Source: a virus
Taxonomy: Duplodnaviria > Heunggongvirae > Uroviricota > Caudoviricetes
DNA length: 64,000 nt
IMG/VR virus record: IMGVR_UViG_3300048599_000194
Location: 175,177 to 239,176 of that record
Strand: one strand, 5' to 3'
The notes under the pieces were generated by a model. That model worked only from the letters and a program-made list of their open reading frames with translations, searched no databases and was not told where the DNA came from. This document shows positions 35,770 through 43,819 of this stretch, piece by piece (the first letter of the stretch is position 1; every line of letters begins with the position of its first letter). The translations under genes were made by a program, and so were the position numbers.

Positions 35770-36105
35770 TTAGTCCTCCACAAACATTAAATTGAAAATT
35801 GAAGCCAAGTGCCTGAATTTCTTTCTAAGATGATTCAGAATTTCATCATAGTCTTCCTCAGAACCAATATTTCGCTTATTCGAATAATAGCATTCCCACA
35901 TCCAACCTCTTAATTCATCAATCTCATTAAACTCACGGATTATATCAGCCTGAGTAACTGGATCCGCCGAAAGTAAGAACATTGAATATCGCGCAATATC
36001 AATTGCAACCCTTAGCTCATGGAAATTATGCCCACCTTCGCATTTCAGCCAGAATTCTAAATCAACTATTGTCTTATTTGTCTGGGTTCTTAGATAAAGT
36101 ACCAT
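35770..36105 (-). CDS. Hypothetical protein
   Basis: ORF in packed operon. Confidence 0.7.
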   Translation of the reverse strand: MVLYLRTQTNKTIVDLEFWLKCEGGHNFHELRVAIDIARYSMFLLSADPVTQADIIREFNEIDELRGWMWECYYSNKRNIGSEEDYDEILNHLRKKFRHLASIFNLMFVED

Positions 36106-36458
36106 TACACAGCATCCTTATTATAGATGGCATTAAGCGCAAACGATAGTCCCATTGAATTATTAGTGTCTGCGTCTGATTGCACGGGTGTTAATGCGGG
36201 AAATTCTGTATATGATTTTCCGGTTTCATCACAGGATCGACCAAACTGCTTTAGATATTCTCTCCTAGTTTCTAATTCTTCAGGTGTTAATACAGGTGTT
36301 TCGTTCATTGAAGGGAAATCAAATGTGACTTTTCTTAGATATTCTTCCTTCTCAGAAGGCGTCAACTTTTCATATTTTTCTTGGTTTGCCAACATTGTTT
36401 TAATGCCCCATATAATTTCATCTTTATGCGTTTCTAGGAATTGTTTGTCCGTTATCAT
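36105..36458 (-). CDS. Hypothetical protein
   Basis: Directly after variant promoter 36465. Confidence 0.7.
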   Translation of the reverse strand: MITDKQFLETHKDEIIWGIKTMLANQEKYEKLTPSEKEEYLRKVTFDFPSMNETPVLTPEELETRREYLKQFGRSCDETGKSYTEFPALTPVQSDADTNNSMGLSFALNAIYNKDAV

Positions 36459-36464
36459 ATTGCG

Positions 36465-36494
36465 AAAATACTTTAGTCATTAATGACCGTCAAC
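36465..36494 (-). promoter_or_regulatory. Variant early promoter
   Basis: GTTGAC-N17-GTATTTT. Confidence 0.7.
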
Positions 36495-36654
36495 TATTTT
36501 CTATATTGCGTTGCGGGATTTTCTGGTAATCCTACTTCATAATGAGTTGGATCTAAATCATCTTCAGGGCAATCAGGAGATGGTCTTTTCCCAGTATGCG
36601 GGCAGTAATCATCCCAATGTGATTTTCCACAATGATTGCATCGAATGATACAGG

Positions 36655-36900
36655 TCATCGGTCCTTCAAATACTCTTTAAGGCGTTTGAATTGTTGTTCA
36701 GTCCCATCAATGCACGTTTGCCACCGCACTTTATCTCCCGTTCGAGCAAATATATCTCGGGCCGTTTCTTTTTCTGTTAAGGTTCCCGAAAATCTAGTGC
36801 AGAGTCCATCTTGCATCTGAGGGCATTCTGGATCGCACATTGTTTCCGCATCATTTACCTTGATGTGAAAAACGTCAACAATACTTGAAATTAGTTTCAT
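36655..36900 (-). CDS. Cys-containing hypothetical protein
   Basis: ORF in packed operon. Confidence 0.7.
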   Translation of the reverse strand: MKLISSIVDVFHIKVNDAETMCDPECPQMQDGLCTRFSGTLTEKETARDIFARTGDKVRWQTCIDGTEQQFKRLKEYLKDR

Positions 36901-36903
36901 TGG

Positions 36904-37164
36904 CTAGGCTCCGTGTGGTCTGGAATTCTTAAGGCGCTCACGGAAACTGCATAGAGAATTCCAGAGATAATCATCGAATGAATCATGAGTTGTAGTTGCA
37001 TGATATACATTCCAATAACAACCAGCATGTGATTCTTCGAGGATTGCCAATTCAAGATGTTTAATGTCGCCATGCATGTGAAACATGTCAAGCATGAATT
37101 GACCATTTTGAATTGAAACTTCAACGTATTCGTGAATCTTACGCTCTGCATTTTCATTTAGCAT
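36904..37164 (-). CDS. Hypothetical protein
   Basis: ORF in packed operon. Confidence 0.65.
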   Translation of the reverse strand: MLNENAERKIHEYVEVSIQNGQFMLDMFHMHGDIKHLELAILEESHAGCYWNVYHATTTHDSFDDYLWNSLCSFRERLKNSRPHGA

Positions 37165-37475
37165 TGCCGATACACTCCGTCTGTTTCGGTAAACAATGCG
37201 ACACTGGCGGGAGTTTCAAGTCCATCCCAAAGCATATCTTCTTCAGTCGCGAGTTCCACTTTGCATTCATACTCTTCTGAGATCTGAGTTGAAAGTCGAA
37301 TACACTCAGTGAGAGCCTCTTCCCTGAAAACGAAACCATTGGTGTGGTGTCCAAAAGACTTATATCGAGGCACCGGGCATTCATTTGGGAGTGGATAAAA
37401 TCTATAGACAATAGGATGGAATTTCCCAGTCTGGAGATTCTTCAAGTTTGCGATGATCCAAAAAGGATTAGACAT
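37158..37475 (-). CDS. Phage hypothetical protein
   Basis: GKFHPIVY...RYKSFGHHTNGF motif. Confidence 0.7.
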   Translation of the reverse strand: MSNPFWIIANLKNLQTGKFHPIVYRFYPLPNECPVPRYKSFGHHTNGFVFREEALTECIRLSTQISEEYECKVELATEEDMLWDGLETPASVALFTETDGVYRQC

Positions 37476-37875
37476 TAATACCCTCCATCATATCAAATAG
37501 TTCACCTTGTTCTGCTCTTTGTGGATGAATATAGCGAATAGTTAGTCCATATTTACGAGCGACATCTCGTTCGCGCTGAACTCCCGAAGATTCATCCCAT
37601 GCATTTAGGCATAGAATCCACATTTCCACATTAGTTCCGAGTCCTCGACTCAAAGCCATTGCAGTAAGTAGATTCTCAGAATAGTTCAGCCAATAATCCC
37701 CATCTACATTGTCATTCTCCTGGAATGCCCAATGATGGAATAGAGGGCTAGTGACATAATAACCCTTCAGTCGAATCATGGAGGAAACTTGAGCGACCAA
37801 GTTCATCCGTTCTTCGATTTGTTCAGGCGAGCCTCGATACGGTGCCGCCAGATAGATATGTGTTTCGTTATGCAT
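37468..37875 (-). CDS. DUF1937/DUF4406-like (nucleoside deoxyribosyltransferase-fold) protein
   Basis: IYLAAPY...VTSPLFH...WDESSGVQRE; start reassigned to MHNETH. Confidence 0.7.
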   Translation of the reverse strand: MHNETHIYLAAPYRGSPEQIEERMNLVAQVSSMIRLKGYYVTSPLFHHWAFQENDNVDGDYWLNYSENLLTAMALSRGLGTNVEMWILCLNAWDESSGVQRERDVARKYGLTIRYIHPQRAEQGELFDMMEGINV

Positions 37876-38314
37876 TTTCAACCACCTTTTCTGAATTGAC
37901 AAGTTCAACAAGTCCTTCGGTCTTTCGAATTTCTTCAACCAGCCTATCCATTTCTTCGGCAGTCAAATCCCGAACCATCATATAGTCACCACACGGCGTA
38001 TTGTAGACCCGATTATTGAAATCAACACCCCAGCACACCATTGGTCCATGCCATCTTTCTTGCTTCTCCCAGGTATTCCAGAACGTGTCAACATTTCGAA
38101 ACATCTTGAATCCGCCATTAATAATATCATGGCGCATGTCATGACGATCCGAATTTGGGTTGTACTGCATTCGCAACTTTTCAAGAGCCTTATGCAGTAG
38201 ACTGAAATTGGACGCAATGAAATTCTGCTCTTTGAGCTTATCTCTCTTGAACTTCCAATTCAATATGAGATTTGCAGAAAGAACCATGCTTGCAAAAATG
38301 AGAAGAGGAATCAT
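37868..38314 (-). CDS. Hypothetical protein with N-terminal TM
   Basis: 148 aa. Confidence 0.7.
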   Translation of the reverse strand: MIPLLIFASMVLSANLILNWKFKRDKLKEQNFIASNFSLLHKALEKLRMQYNPNSDRHDMRHDIINGGFKMFRNVDTFWNTWEKQERWHGPMVCWGVDFNNRVYNTPCGDYMMVRDLTAEEMDRLVEEIRKTEGLVELVNSEKVVENA

Positions 38315-38338
38315 ATGTGTCTCCTTAGTTAATGAGAT

Positions 38339-38524
38339 TTACTTATGTGCAGAATCAATTCGAGCCTTAACAATCATCATCGAGTCATGATAACGCGCCT
38401 GCTCGATAATAAGCTGTTGCGAATTTCCAACATAGCTAATGTAGTACAAGAAACCGAGCAGAAGAAAAAAACCAATCACGACAATTGCCCAAAAAGTATT
38501 TTCATGCATGTGTAATCTCCTCAA
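38339..38524 (-). CDS. Small single-TM protein
   Basis: FWAIVVIGFFLLLGFLYY. Confidence 0.65.
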   Translation of the reverse strand: MRRLHMHENTFWAIVVIGFFLLLGFLYYISYVGNSQQLIIEQARYHDSMMIVKARIDSAHK

Positions 38525-38530
38525 TTAAAG

Positions 38531-38713
38531 TTAGAAAATTTCAGTTGCCTTAGATAATTCGAGGTCGCTGATTAGAACTCGATTCATCCGATGCAAATAG
38601 AAGTAAACATCGGTACCACGTCCAACGCGAGATCCTCGGTGAACATTGACTTCACGTCCATCTTCTAGTCGAAACCTACCCCATCGCTTAATCCTGGTGA
38701 GCTTCATATCCAT
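38531..38713 (-). CDS. Small basic protein
   Basis: ORF with RBS. Confidence 0.65.
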   Translation of the reverse strand: MDMKLTRIKRWGRFRLEDGREVNVHRGSRVGRGTDVYFYLHRMNRVLISDLELSKATEIF

Positions 38714-38724
38714 TCTCCCGGTAA

Positions 38725-39072
38725 TTAATTTACTTCATTTGCGATGAATTGAACTCCATACCATTCGTCTCCATCCTGGACCCGAATTACATATGGTTCG
38801 GCAACAATAGTCCAATACACAATCATATTTTCGCCAATGTCAACACTGAACAACTTGGATTGATGTTCTCCATTGAAAGTATCGCACACTGCCTGAAATG
38901 AATAAGTTTCAATATCAATATCTTGCTTTACTGTGAGCCATTTGTTAATGACCTCCATAATTGCATTCCCAGAAATACTCTCATTGAGACTGCAATCGGT
39001 CAATTTCCAAGAGGTAATATATGGAACGTATTCGGTGTCCCATTCGATTTCACATTTGAATGTTTTTTGCAT
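38725..39072 (-). CDS. Hypothetical protein
   Basis: GGAGG RBS; promoter 39092. Confidence 0.8.
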   Translation of the reverse strand: MQKTFKCEIEWDTEYVPYITSWKLTDCSLNESISGNAIMEVINKWLTVKQDIDIETYSFQAVCDTFNGEHQSKLFSVDIGENMIVYWTIVAEPYVIRVQDGDEWYGVQFIANEVN

Positions 39073-39091
39073 TTAGTACCTCCGTTTCATT

Positions 39092-39121
39092 AAGATACTA
39101 CAGGACGACCCAGCCGTCAAC
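39092..39121 (-). promoter_or_regulatory. sigma70-type early promoter
   Basis: GTTGAC-N17-GTATCTT. Confidence 0.85.
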
Positions 39122-39125
39122 CTCA

Positions 39126-39374
39126 TTAATGTACTCTTCGATTCTTTTCTTCATTGATCTTGCGCATTGAAGTATTATGGAGAGTATTAACAAACGTCAC
39201 AAAAGCACCTGATCGATGATATTTTCCACAATACTGACATTTGTATATTGTTTGATTTTTCTGGAATGCACTAGTTTCATTATCAAATGCAACCTTAGAT
39301 TCACACATGTTATATTTTCTTAACAACTTACGAGCTTTCTTAGCTTCTTTCGCATATTTGTTTTTGTGCATCAT
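39126..39374 (-). CDS. Basic Zn-finger-like protein
   Basis: C...YKCQYCGKYH. Confidence 0.65.
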   Translation of the reverse strand: MMHKNKYAKEAKKARKLLRKYNMCESKVAFDNETSAFQKNQTIYKCQYCGKYHRSGAFVTFVNTLHNTSMRKINEEKNRRVH

Positions 39375-39751
39375 CGTCCCATTTCTTCAATGAGCCTTTG
39401 CACTTGCTTCATGTGATTTCCGAGTTGCTTTCGAATGTATTCTCGATTATATCCATTTGCGTCGGGTGTCATTGCATGAATGACATTCTTCGAAGAAACA
39501 TCAAATGAATTTCGAAGACTGACAAGAATTGAATTAGCGATTTCTGGAATTACTTCGTATTTGCAAGTCTCGGTATCAATTAGATCATATTTCCATCGAG
39601 TGGATTCAGCGTCTCCAATTGAATCGAACTTGACAATGTATTGACTCTCAAAATTGTCAGTAAACGAATAACGAGGCGATCCACTATGTGGATTTCCTTG
39701 AGTAAATGCAAATCTAAGGTTATTTTCTGTTGCAATGATAATGAAAGCCAT
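39371..39751 (-). CDS. Hypothetical protein
   Basis: ORF in packed operon. Confidence 0.7.
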   Translation of the reverse strand: MAFIIIATENNLRFAFTQGNPHSGSPRYSFTDNFESQYIVKFDSIGDAESTRWKYDLIDTETCKYEVIPEIANSILVSLRNSFDVSSKNVIHAMTPDANGYNREYIRKQLGNHMKQVQRLIEEMGR

Positions 39752-39957
39752 TATTCTTCTCCGAACTTAGCCCGAGTCTGGGCCAGTGAATGTCCGACAA
39801 ATGAACAATCATCGAACTCCTCGCGCTTAGGGGAAAACAGAATATCGATGGCTTTTTCTTCTTCTTGGATGGTAAGCGGTTGCCATGCAGGGCGTTCCAC
39901 CTTTGCATTAGGATCCAAAATTTCCGTGAGTGTCACTGTCTGAAGTCCTTGGTACAT
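39751..39957 (-). CDS. Hypothetical protein
   Basis: GGAGG RBS; promoter 39978. Confidence 0.75.
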   Translation of the reverse strand: MYQGLQTVTLTEILDPNAKVERPAWQPLTIQEEEKAIDILFSPKREEFDDCSFVGHSLAQTRAKFGEE

Positions 39958-39977
39958 GATTACCTCCTGTTCAGAAG

Positions 39978-40007
39978 AAGATACGCCATTTGATTAGATT
40001 AGTCAAC
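39978..40007 (-). promoter_or_regulatory. sigma70-type early promoter
   Basis: GTTGAC-N17-GTATCTT. Confidence 0.85.
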
Positions 40008-40414
40008 TAGAAAGAAAATACAATTTCTTCTTTCTCGTCTTTTTTTGATTTCAGCTTAATTGAGAATCCAAGCCTCTTCAGATTCTTGGAATAATCCCTA
40101 TACGAATCAGCAATGAAGAGATTTCGATTAGGAACTAGAGAACGATACCAGAGAATATCCAAAAAGAGATTCGCTTGATAGCATTCCTGCCGACATTCAA
40201 TTACAATGATCTTGACATTACGCCTAAACTTCGGAAGGAGCTTCAAAAATAGTGCATCTAGATCTTCAACATGATGAAGCACATTTCGGAATCTAATCTT
40301 ATTGATCGAATTATCCGGAATCTCTTCAATGCTATTGAAGGTGCAATTGGCTCCAGCGTCTAGGGTTGCCCACCCTTTGGCTGGAGCAAAGCCTGATCCG
40401 AAGTCCAGTTTCAT
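40007..40414 (-). CDS. Class I SAM-dependent methyltransferase-like protein
   Basis: MKLDFGSG motif I, NVLHHVED; ATGA-coupled to the radical SAM gene. Confidence 0.7.
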   Translation of the reverse strand: MKLDFGSGFAPAKGWATLDAGANCTFNSIEEIPDNSINKIRFRNVLHHVEDLDALFLKLLPKFRRNVKIIVIECRQECYQANLFLDILWYRSLVPNRNLFIADSYRDYSKNLKRLGFSIKLKSKKDEKEEIVFSF

Positions 40415-41154
40415 TTGCAGTTCAGGTCGAGGTTGCCAATCTTCTTGCAATAGTGCTCCCAGCGGCTGAACACTCCGACCGGAGTGATAATCATGTCAGT
40501 GGCGTCATAGCCCTTGTAGGCCCCGAAAACGCCAAACTGATGCCCTTCCCACTCGTAGTCGAAGAAATTGCAACCATCGTCCTTGATCTTGGTCGCTGGG
40601 AGCTTCTCCTCGAAATCGAATTCACCATAACGACCCATGAGGTCTTCACAGACCACCGCATAGAATCCATCGGTGAGGATATGCTTGAGAATCTGAACAA
40701 GTGCATCTCCATTGGATTCATTGCACTTGGGAATGTTGATGCGAGTATTAGGAATGTACTTGCGGCACATAAGCGCCTGTTCCCGACGAGCCAAATACAT
40801 GTCCAAGGAGGAAATGGAAATGGCAACTTCACTTAGACCTGCATCTGCATAGCTAGAGATTCGCTTCTCATCAAGAAGAATTCCATTCGTGACAAGGCAA
40901 ACATCTTCCTCGACATTCTCCCGAGTCAGCTTGATGTACTCGGGGAGATTCTTGAGAATAGTCGATTCACCACCCATGATAGTCGCTCGCTTCATCTTTC
41001 GACCGCAACGACGGAAGGTGTCTCGCATGAGATCCATATCCAAAATTAGACGAGGATCCTTATTCGGCTGATAGCAGAAGTAGCAATTAGGTTGCATGTT
41101 GCAATAAAGATTGGTGATAATGCGGTAACGGAAATACTGATCCTTGATTGCCAT
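40411..41154 (-). CDS. Radical SAM enzyme (atypical CX5CX2C)
   Basis: YCNMQPNCYFC, TIMGGES, CLVTNG. Confidence 0.85.
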   Translation of the reverse strand: MAIKDQYFRYRIITNLYCNMQPNCYFCYQPNKDPRLILDMDLMRDTFRRCGRKMKRATIMGGESTILKNLPEYIKLTRENVEEDVCLVTNGILLDEKRISSYADAGLSEVAISISSLDMYLARREQALMCRKYIPNTRINIPKCNESNGDALVQILKHILTDGFYAVVCEDLMGRYGEFDFEEKLPATKIKDDGCNFFDYEWEGHQFGVFGAYKGYDATDMIITPVGVFSRWEHYCKKIGNLDLNCK

Positions 41155-41156
41155 GA

Positions 41157-41492
41157 TTATTTACCCCCTTCAACAAGTTCACCCGTTTCAGTGGAATAAA
41201 CAGGTAGCGAATCCCATCCATTAATAGTCAGTTTAACAAGACGGCTATATTTCAGCCCACCTGGAACGTGACTCCACATATGCTCTCTAACTCCAAAGCA
41301 AATTTCCTTTTCAGTGTTGTGTACTTCGGAAAGAACATAACGAGGATTGTCGATGATTTCCTGAACTTCACTGGTTCGTGAAATTCGACCAATGAGGTTG
41401 TAGTATTCGCTGTAGACCACATCTCCGACCTTCAACCCTTGATCTGGAAGTCGCGAATTCAACTTAATCTTGTTGAAGATTTCATCTACCAT
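41157..41492 (-). CDS. Hypothetical protein
   Basis: Operonic with the radical SAM gene. Confidence 0.7.
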   Translation of the reverse strand: MVDEIFNKIKLNSRLPDQGLKVGDVVYSEYYNLIGRISRTSEVQEIIDNPRYVLSEVHNTEKEICFGVREHMWSHVPGGLKYSRLVKLTINGWDSLPVYSTETGELVEGGK

Positions 41493-41494
41493 GA

Positions 41495-41719
41495 TTACTT
41501 TCCCTCCGTAGACTTCATAGCCTCGACTTCAAGTTCATACTGGAGAGTCAATTCCTCGTGAATCTCCGTTGCCTTGCGAGCGAGTAGGGGGATCGAGACT
41601 TCGGCCATGTGGCAATTCACGATCTTGATGTTGTTCGGATCAAGCCGAATAGAATCAAGAATTCGATTGAAATTCTCGATTTTCTCGTTTAGCTTGGTTC
41701 GGTCGGGTGCGTCCATCAT
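41495..41719 (-). CDS. Hypothetical protein
   Basis: GGGAGG RBS; promoter 41745. Confidence 0.7.
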   Translation of the reverse strand: MMDAPDRTKLNEKIENFNRILDSIRLDPNNIKIVNCHMAEVSIPLLARKATEIHEELTLQYELEVEAMKSTEGK

Positions 41720-41744
41720 TGCCTCCCTGTTTAGGTTCAACAAT

Positions 41745-41774
41745 AAGATACGCCATCTCGTTTTACTTGTCTAC
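41745..41774 (-). promoter_or_regulatory. sigma70-type early promoter
   Basis: GTAGAC-N17-GTATCTT. Confidence 0.85.
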
Positions 41775-41896
41775 TTCTTTATCTTTCTTCTTCATATTCT
41801 TCACGGTATCTGCACATGATTCGCCTCCCCAGAGATCACCGTATGCGCAGTCCGCTGATTTTGCTTTGCAATTGGAACAAACGGGATGATATTTAC

Positions 41897-42088
41897 TCAT
41901 GATTTGCCTTTCCGTAGTCTTTTCAATTTATCGTCAGTTCGATCAATGATCTCAATTCCTACAGATTCCAATTCACCTTCATTTAAGAAATGATCAACCA
42001 ATAAATCTCGAACAGAATCCATCTTCATATCTTTTGGAATACTAAGATGATAATCACATTCTAATCTAACATGAATTTCACGATTCAT
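41897..42088 (-). CDS. Hypothetical protein
   Basis: 63 aa. Confidence 0.65.
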   Translation of the reverse strand: MNREIHVRLECDYHLSIPKDMKMDSVRDLLVDHFLNEGELESVGIEIIDRTDDKLKRLRKGKS

Positions 42089-42094
42089 AGTTAT

Positions 42095-42316
42095 TCAGTT
42101 ACCTAAGTATTCTGGTTCGAAATAGCATTGCTGATCATCAGGCACATGCCTTCTCCTGAGGAATTTGATAATCTTCATTTCAAATTCGTCGGGATCGTTC
42201 TTCAATTCCTCTTCAATCTTGAAGAACTTGATATTGCGCTTCCACATTTCATCTCGAATGTGGGGTGCAACTTCTTTGGAAGTATCAAACACTAGCATGT
42301 CACGGTAAACGTGCAT
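42095..42316 (-). CDS. Hypothetical protein (start reassigned to MHVYRD)
   Basis: AGGAG RBS. Confidence 0.65.
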   Translation of the reverse strand: MHVYRDMLVFDTSKEVAPHIRDEMWKRNIKFFKIEEELKNDPDEFEMKIIKFLRRRHVPDDQQCYFEPEYLGN

Positions 42317-42326
42317 ATACACTCCT

Positions 42327-42363
42327 AAAAGAAAAAAGGGCAAGTGAATTCCACTTACCCTTC
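42327..42363 (-). terminator. Intrinsic terminator after the AACGQL peptide gene
   Basis: AGGGTAAGTG-GAATT-CACTTGCCCT followed by TTTTTCTTTT. Confidence 0.8.
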
Positions 42364-42386
42364 TAGATTCATCTGAATCAGGGGGA

Positions 42387-42518
42387 TTAACCCTGCTCAT
42401 TCTCCGAGATAATGGCAAGCTGGCCGCATGCGGCTCCTGCCTGCACCTCGGCATTGGTGGCAACCGCCACGGCGAAATCGAATCCGGCGCTCTCCAGCTT
42501 CTGCTTGATGTCTTCCAT
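42387..42518 (-). CDS. 43-aa peptide equal to the C-terminal catalytic segment of RlmN/Cfr (AACGQL)
   Basis: MEDIKQKLESAGFDFAVAVATNAEVQAGAACGQLAIISENEQG; AAGGAG RBS; own promoter and terminator. Confidence 0.8.
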   Translation of the reverse strand: MEDIKQKLESAGFDFAVAVATNAEVQAGAACGQLAIISENEQG

Positions 42519-42567
42519 GTGCTCTCTCCTTGGTTTAGTGTGATGTCGGCGCATCGCCGTCTGGTAT

Positions 42568-42597
42568 AAGATACGATGCACTCGATATTTAGTCAAC
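42568..42597 (-). promoter_or_regulatory. sigma70-type early promoter dedicated to the AACGQL peptide
   Basis: GTTGAC-N17-GTATCTT. Confidence 0.85.
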
Positions 42598-42601
42598 AGT
42601 T

Positions 42602-43468
42602 TTAAGGTACAATCACAGGGCCATTAAAACCAACCTTCAGATGATCAATATCGAATACTAGATTCGAATCAGCCTTCGTCATGTCACAGTAATGCCTTGC
42701 GTACCATCGATTCAAATCCCCCTCATTATCAAAAGTCACATAATTTGCACAGAAGCAAGCATTTTTGTCATTGAATGTGCAAACTCGGCGAGTATTTTTC
42801 ATCTGATTGAGATTGATCTTCATGAAATCAACATGATTTGATCTACAATACTCATTCACCTTCATCAAACTCACAAAGCCATATTCATGGAATCCGAGTC
42901 GAGAATAATGATTGATGAAATCATACATGTCATTTTCATCATCAATATAACCCTTGATTAGATTACAAGATAGATGAATTTTATCCTTAATACATTGTTC
43001 AAGCCCTTTCAGTTCCATGTCACTCAGCACATCACATTGAAAAATTTCATAATTCTGAAATTCAATTCCATGCCGGGATAGAGCAAAAGAATTGAGATAT
43101 TCGAAATTGACGTGATGTAGATTGAAACCATTAGAATTTACGATTGTGAAAATATTTTCATCTAAGCTCTTAACCAATCGAAGGCACTCATTCAGAAGTT
43201 CCCATTGAAAGGTTGGTTCTCCGCCAGTGAAACTAATCTTATTGATCCGAACTTTCTTTTTCAGTTCATGCAGAACGTAATAAAATTTGTAGAAATCGAA
43301 ACTAGTCAAATTACGATTTCGGAATTCACAAAATTCACAAGCCGCATTGCAAGTATCTGTAAGTCGAACATATAGATTGACGTAATTATCTCCGTCAGGT
43401 TTCTGCTCGACTCCATTATATGTACATGGAATGATTTTCAGCGGGACTTCACACCCGAAGAGATTCAA
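42602..43468 (-). CDS. Radical SAM enzyme
   Basis: TDTCNAACEFC, ISFTGGEPT, IVNSNG; C-terminal CFC. Confidence 0.9.
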   Translation of the reverse strand: MNLFGCEVPLKIIPCTYNGVEQKPDGDNYVNLYVRLTDTCNAACEFCEFRNRNLTSFDFYKFYYVLHELKKKVRINKISFTGGEPTFQWELLNECLRLVKSLDENIFTIVNSNGFNLHHVNFEYLNSFALSRHGIEFQNYEIFQCDVLSDMELKGLEQCIKDKIHLSCNLIKGYIDDENDMYDFINHYSRLGFHEYGFVSLMKVNEYCRSNHVDFMKINLNQMKNTRRVCTFNDKNACFCANYVTFDNEGDLNRWYARHYCDMTKADSNLVFDIDHLKVGFNGPVIVP

Positions 43469-43819
43469 TTAGCACCGTCCATTGCTGGATTGATGATTCC
43501 CGCACGATCCAGTTGCAGGCTTACTCGGAGGAGGATCACCACATCCTCGATTATTCGTGCGGGTGTTAGAAGAGCCACAGCCGCCATCGGAACTGCCAAT
43601 GGTGTACGAGGACGTTTGCGATGTCTTATTGGCCTTCTTACTCTTCCTATCCACCCCTCCGGCGATCTCAACAACCATTTCATACACATCCTTACTGACC
43701 TGATCCAGGAGATAAAGACTATTCATCTTTTCGATGAATGCCTTATCTGGCTTTCCAGCCTTTCGATGGGTGGAAAGCGCCGAGATGTAGAAGTTGAGAG
43801 ATTCGAGATCTATGCTCAT
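43469..43819 (-). CDS. 116-aa protein with low-complexity Cys-Gly repeat tail (RiPP-precursor-like)
   Basis: Helical N-terminus, then GGCG, RGCG, GSCG and terminal GRC; coupled to both radical SAM neighbours. Confidence 0.75.
   Translation of the reverse strand: MSIDLESLNFYISALSTHRKAGKPDKAFIEKMNSLYLLDQVSKDVYEMVVEIAGGVDRKSKKANKTSQTSSYTIGSSDGGCGSSNTRTNNRGCGDPPPSKPATGSCGNHQSSNGRC

Noticed and set aside
42387-43819. Simple frameshift or intron explanation for the RlmN split
   Set aside because: Two intact genes, a promoter and an RBS separate the parts, and the large subunit has its own tail and stop codon, so it is not a broken single gene.
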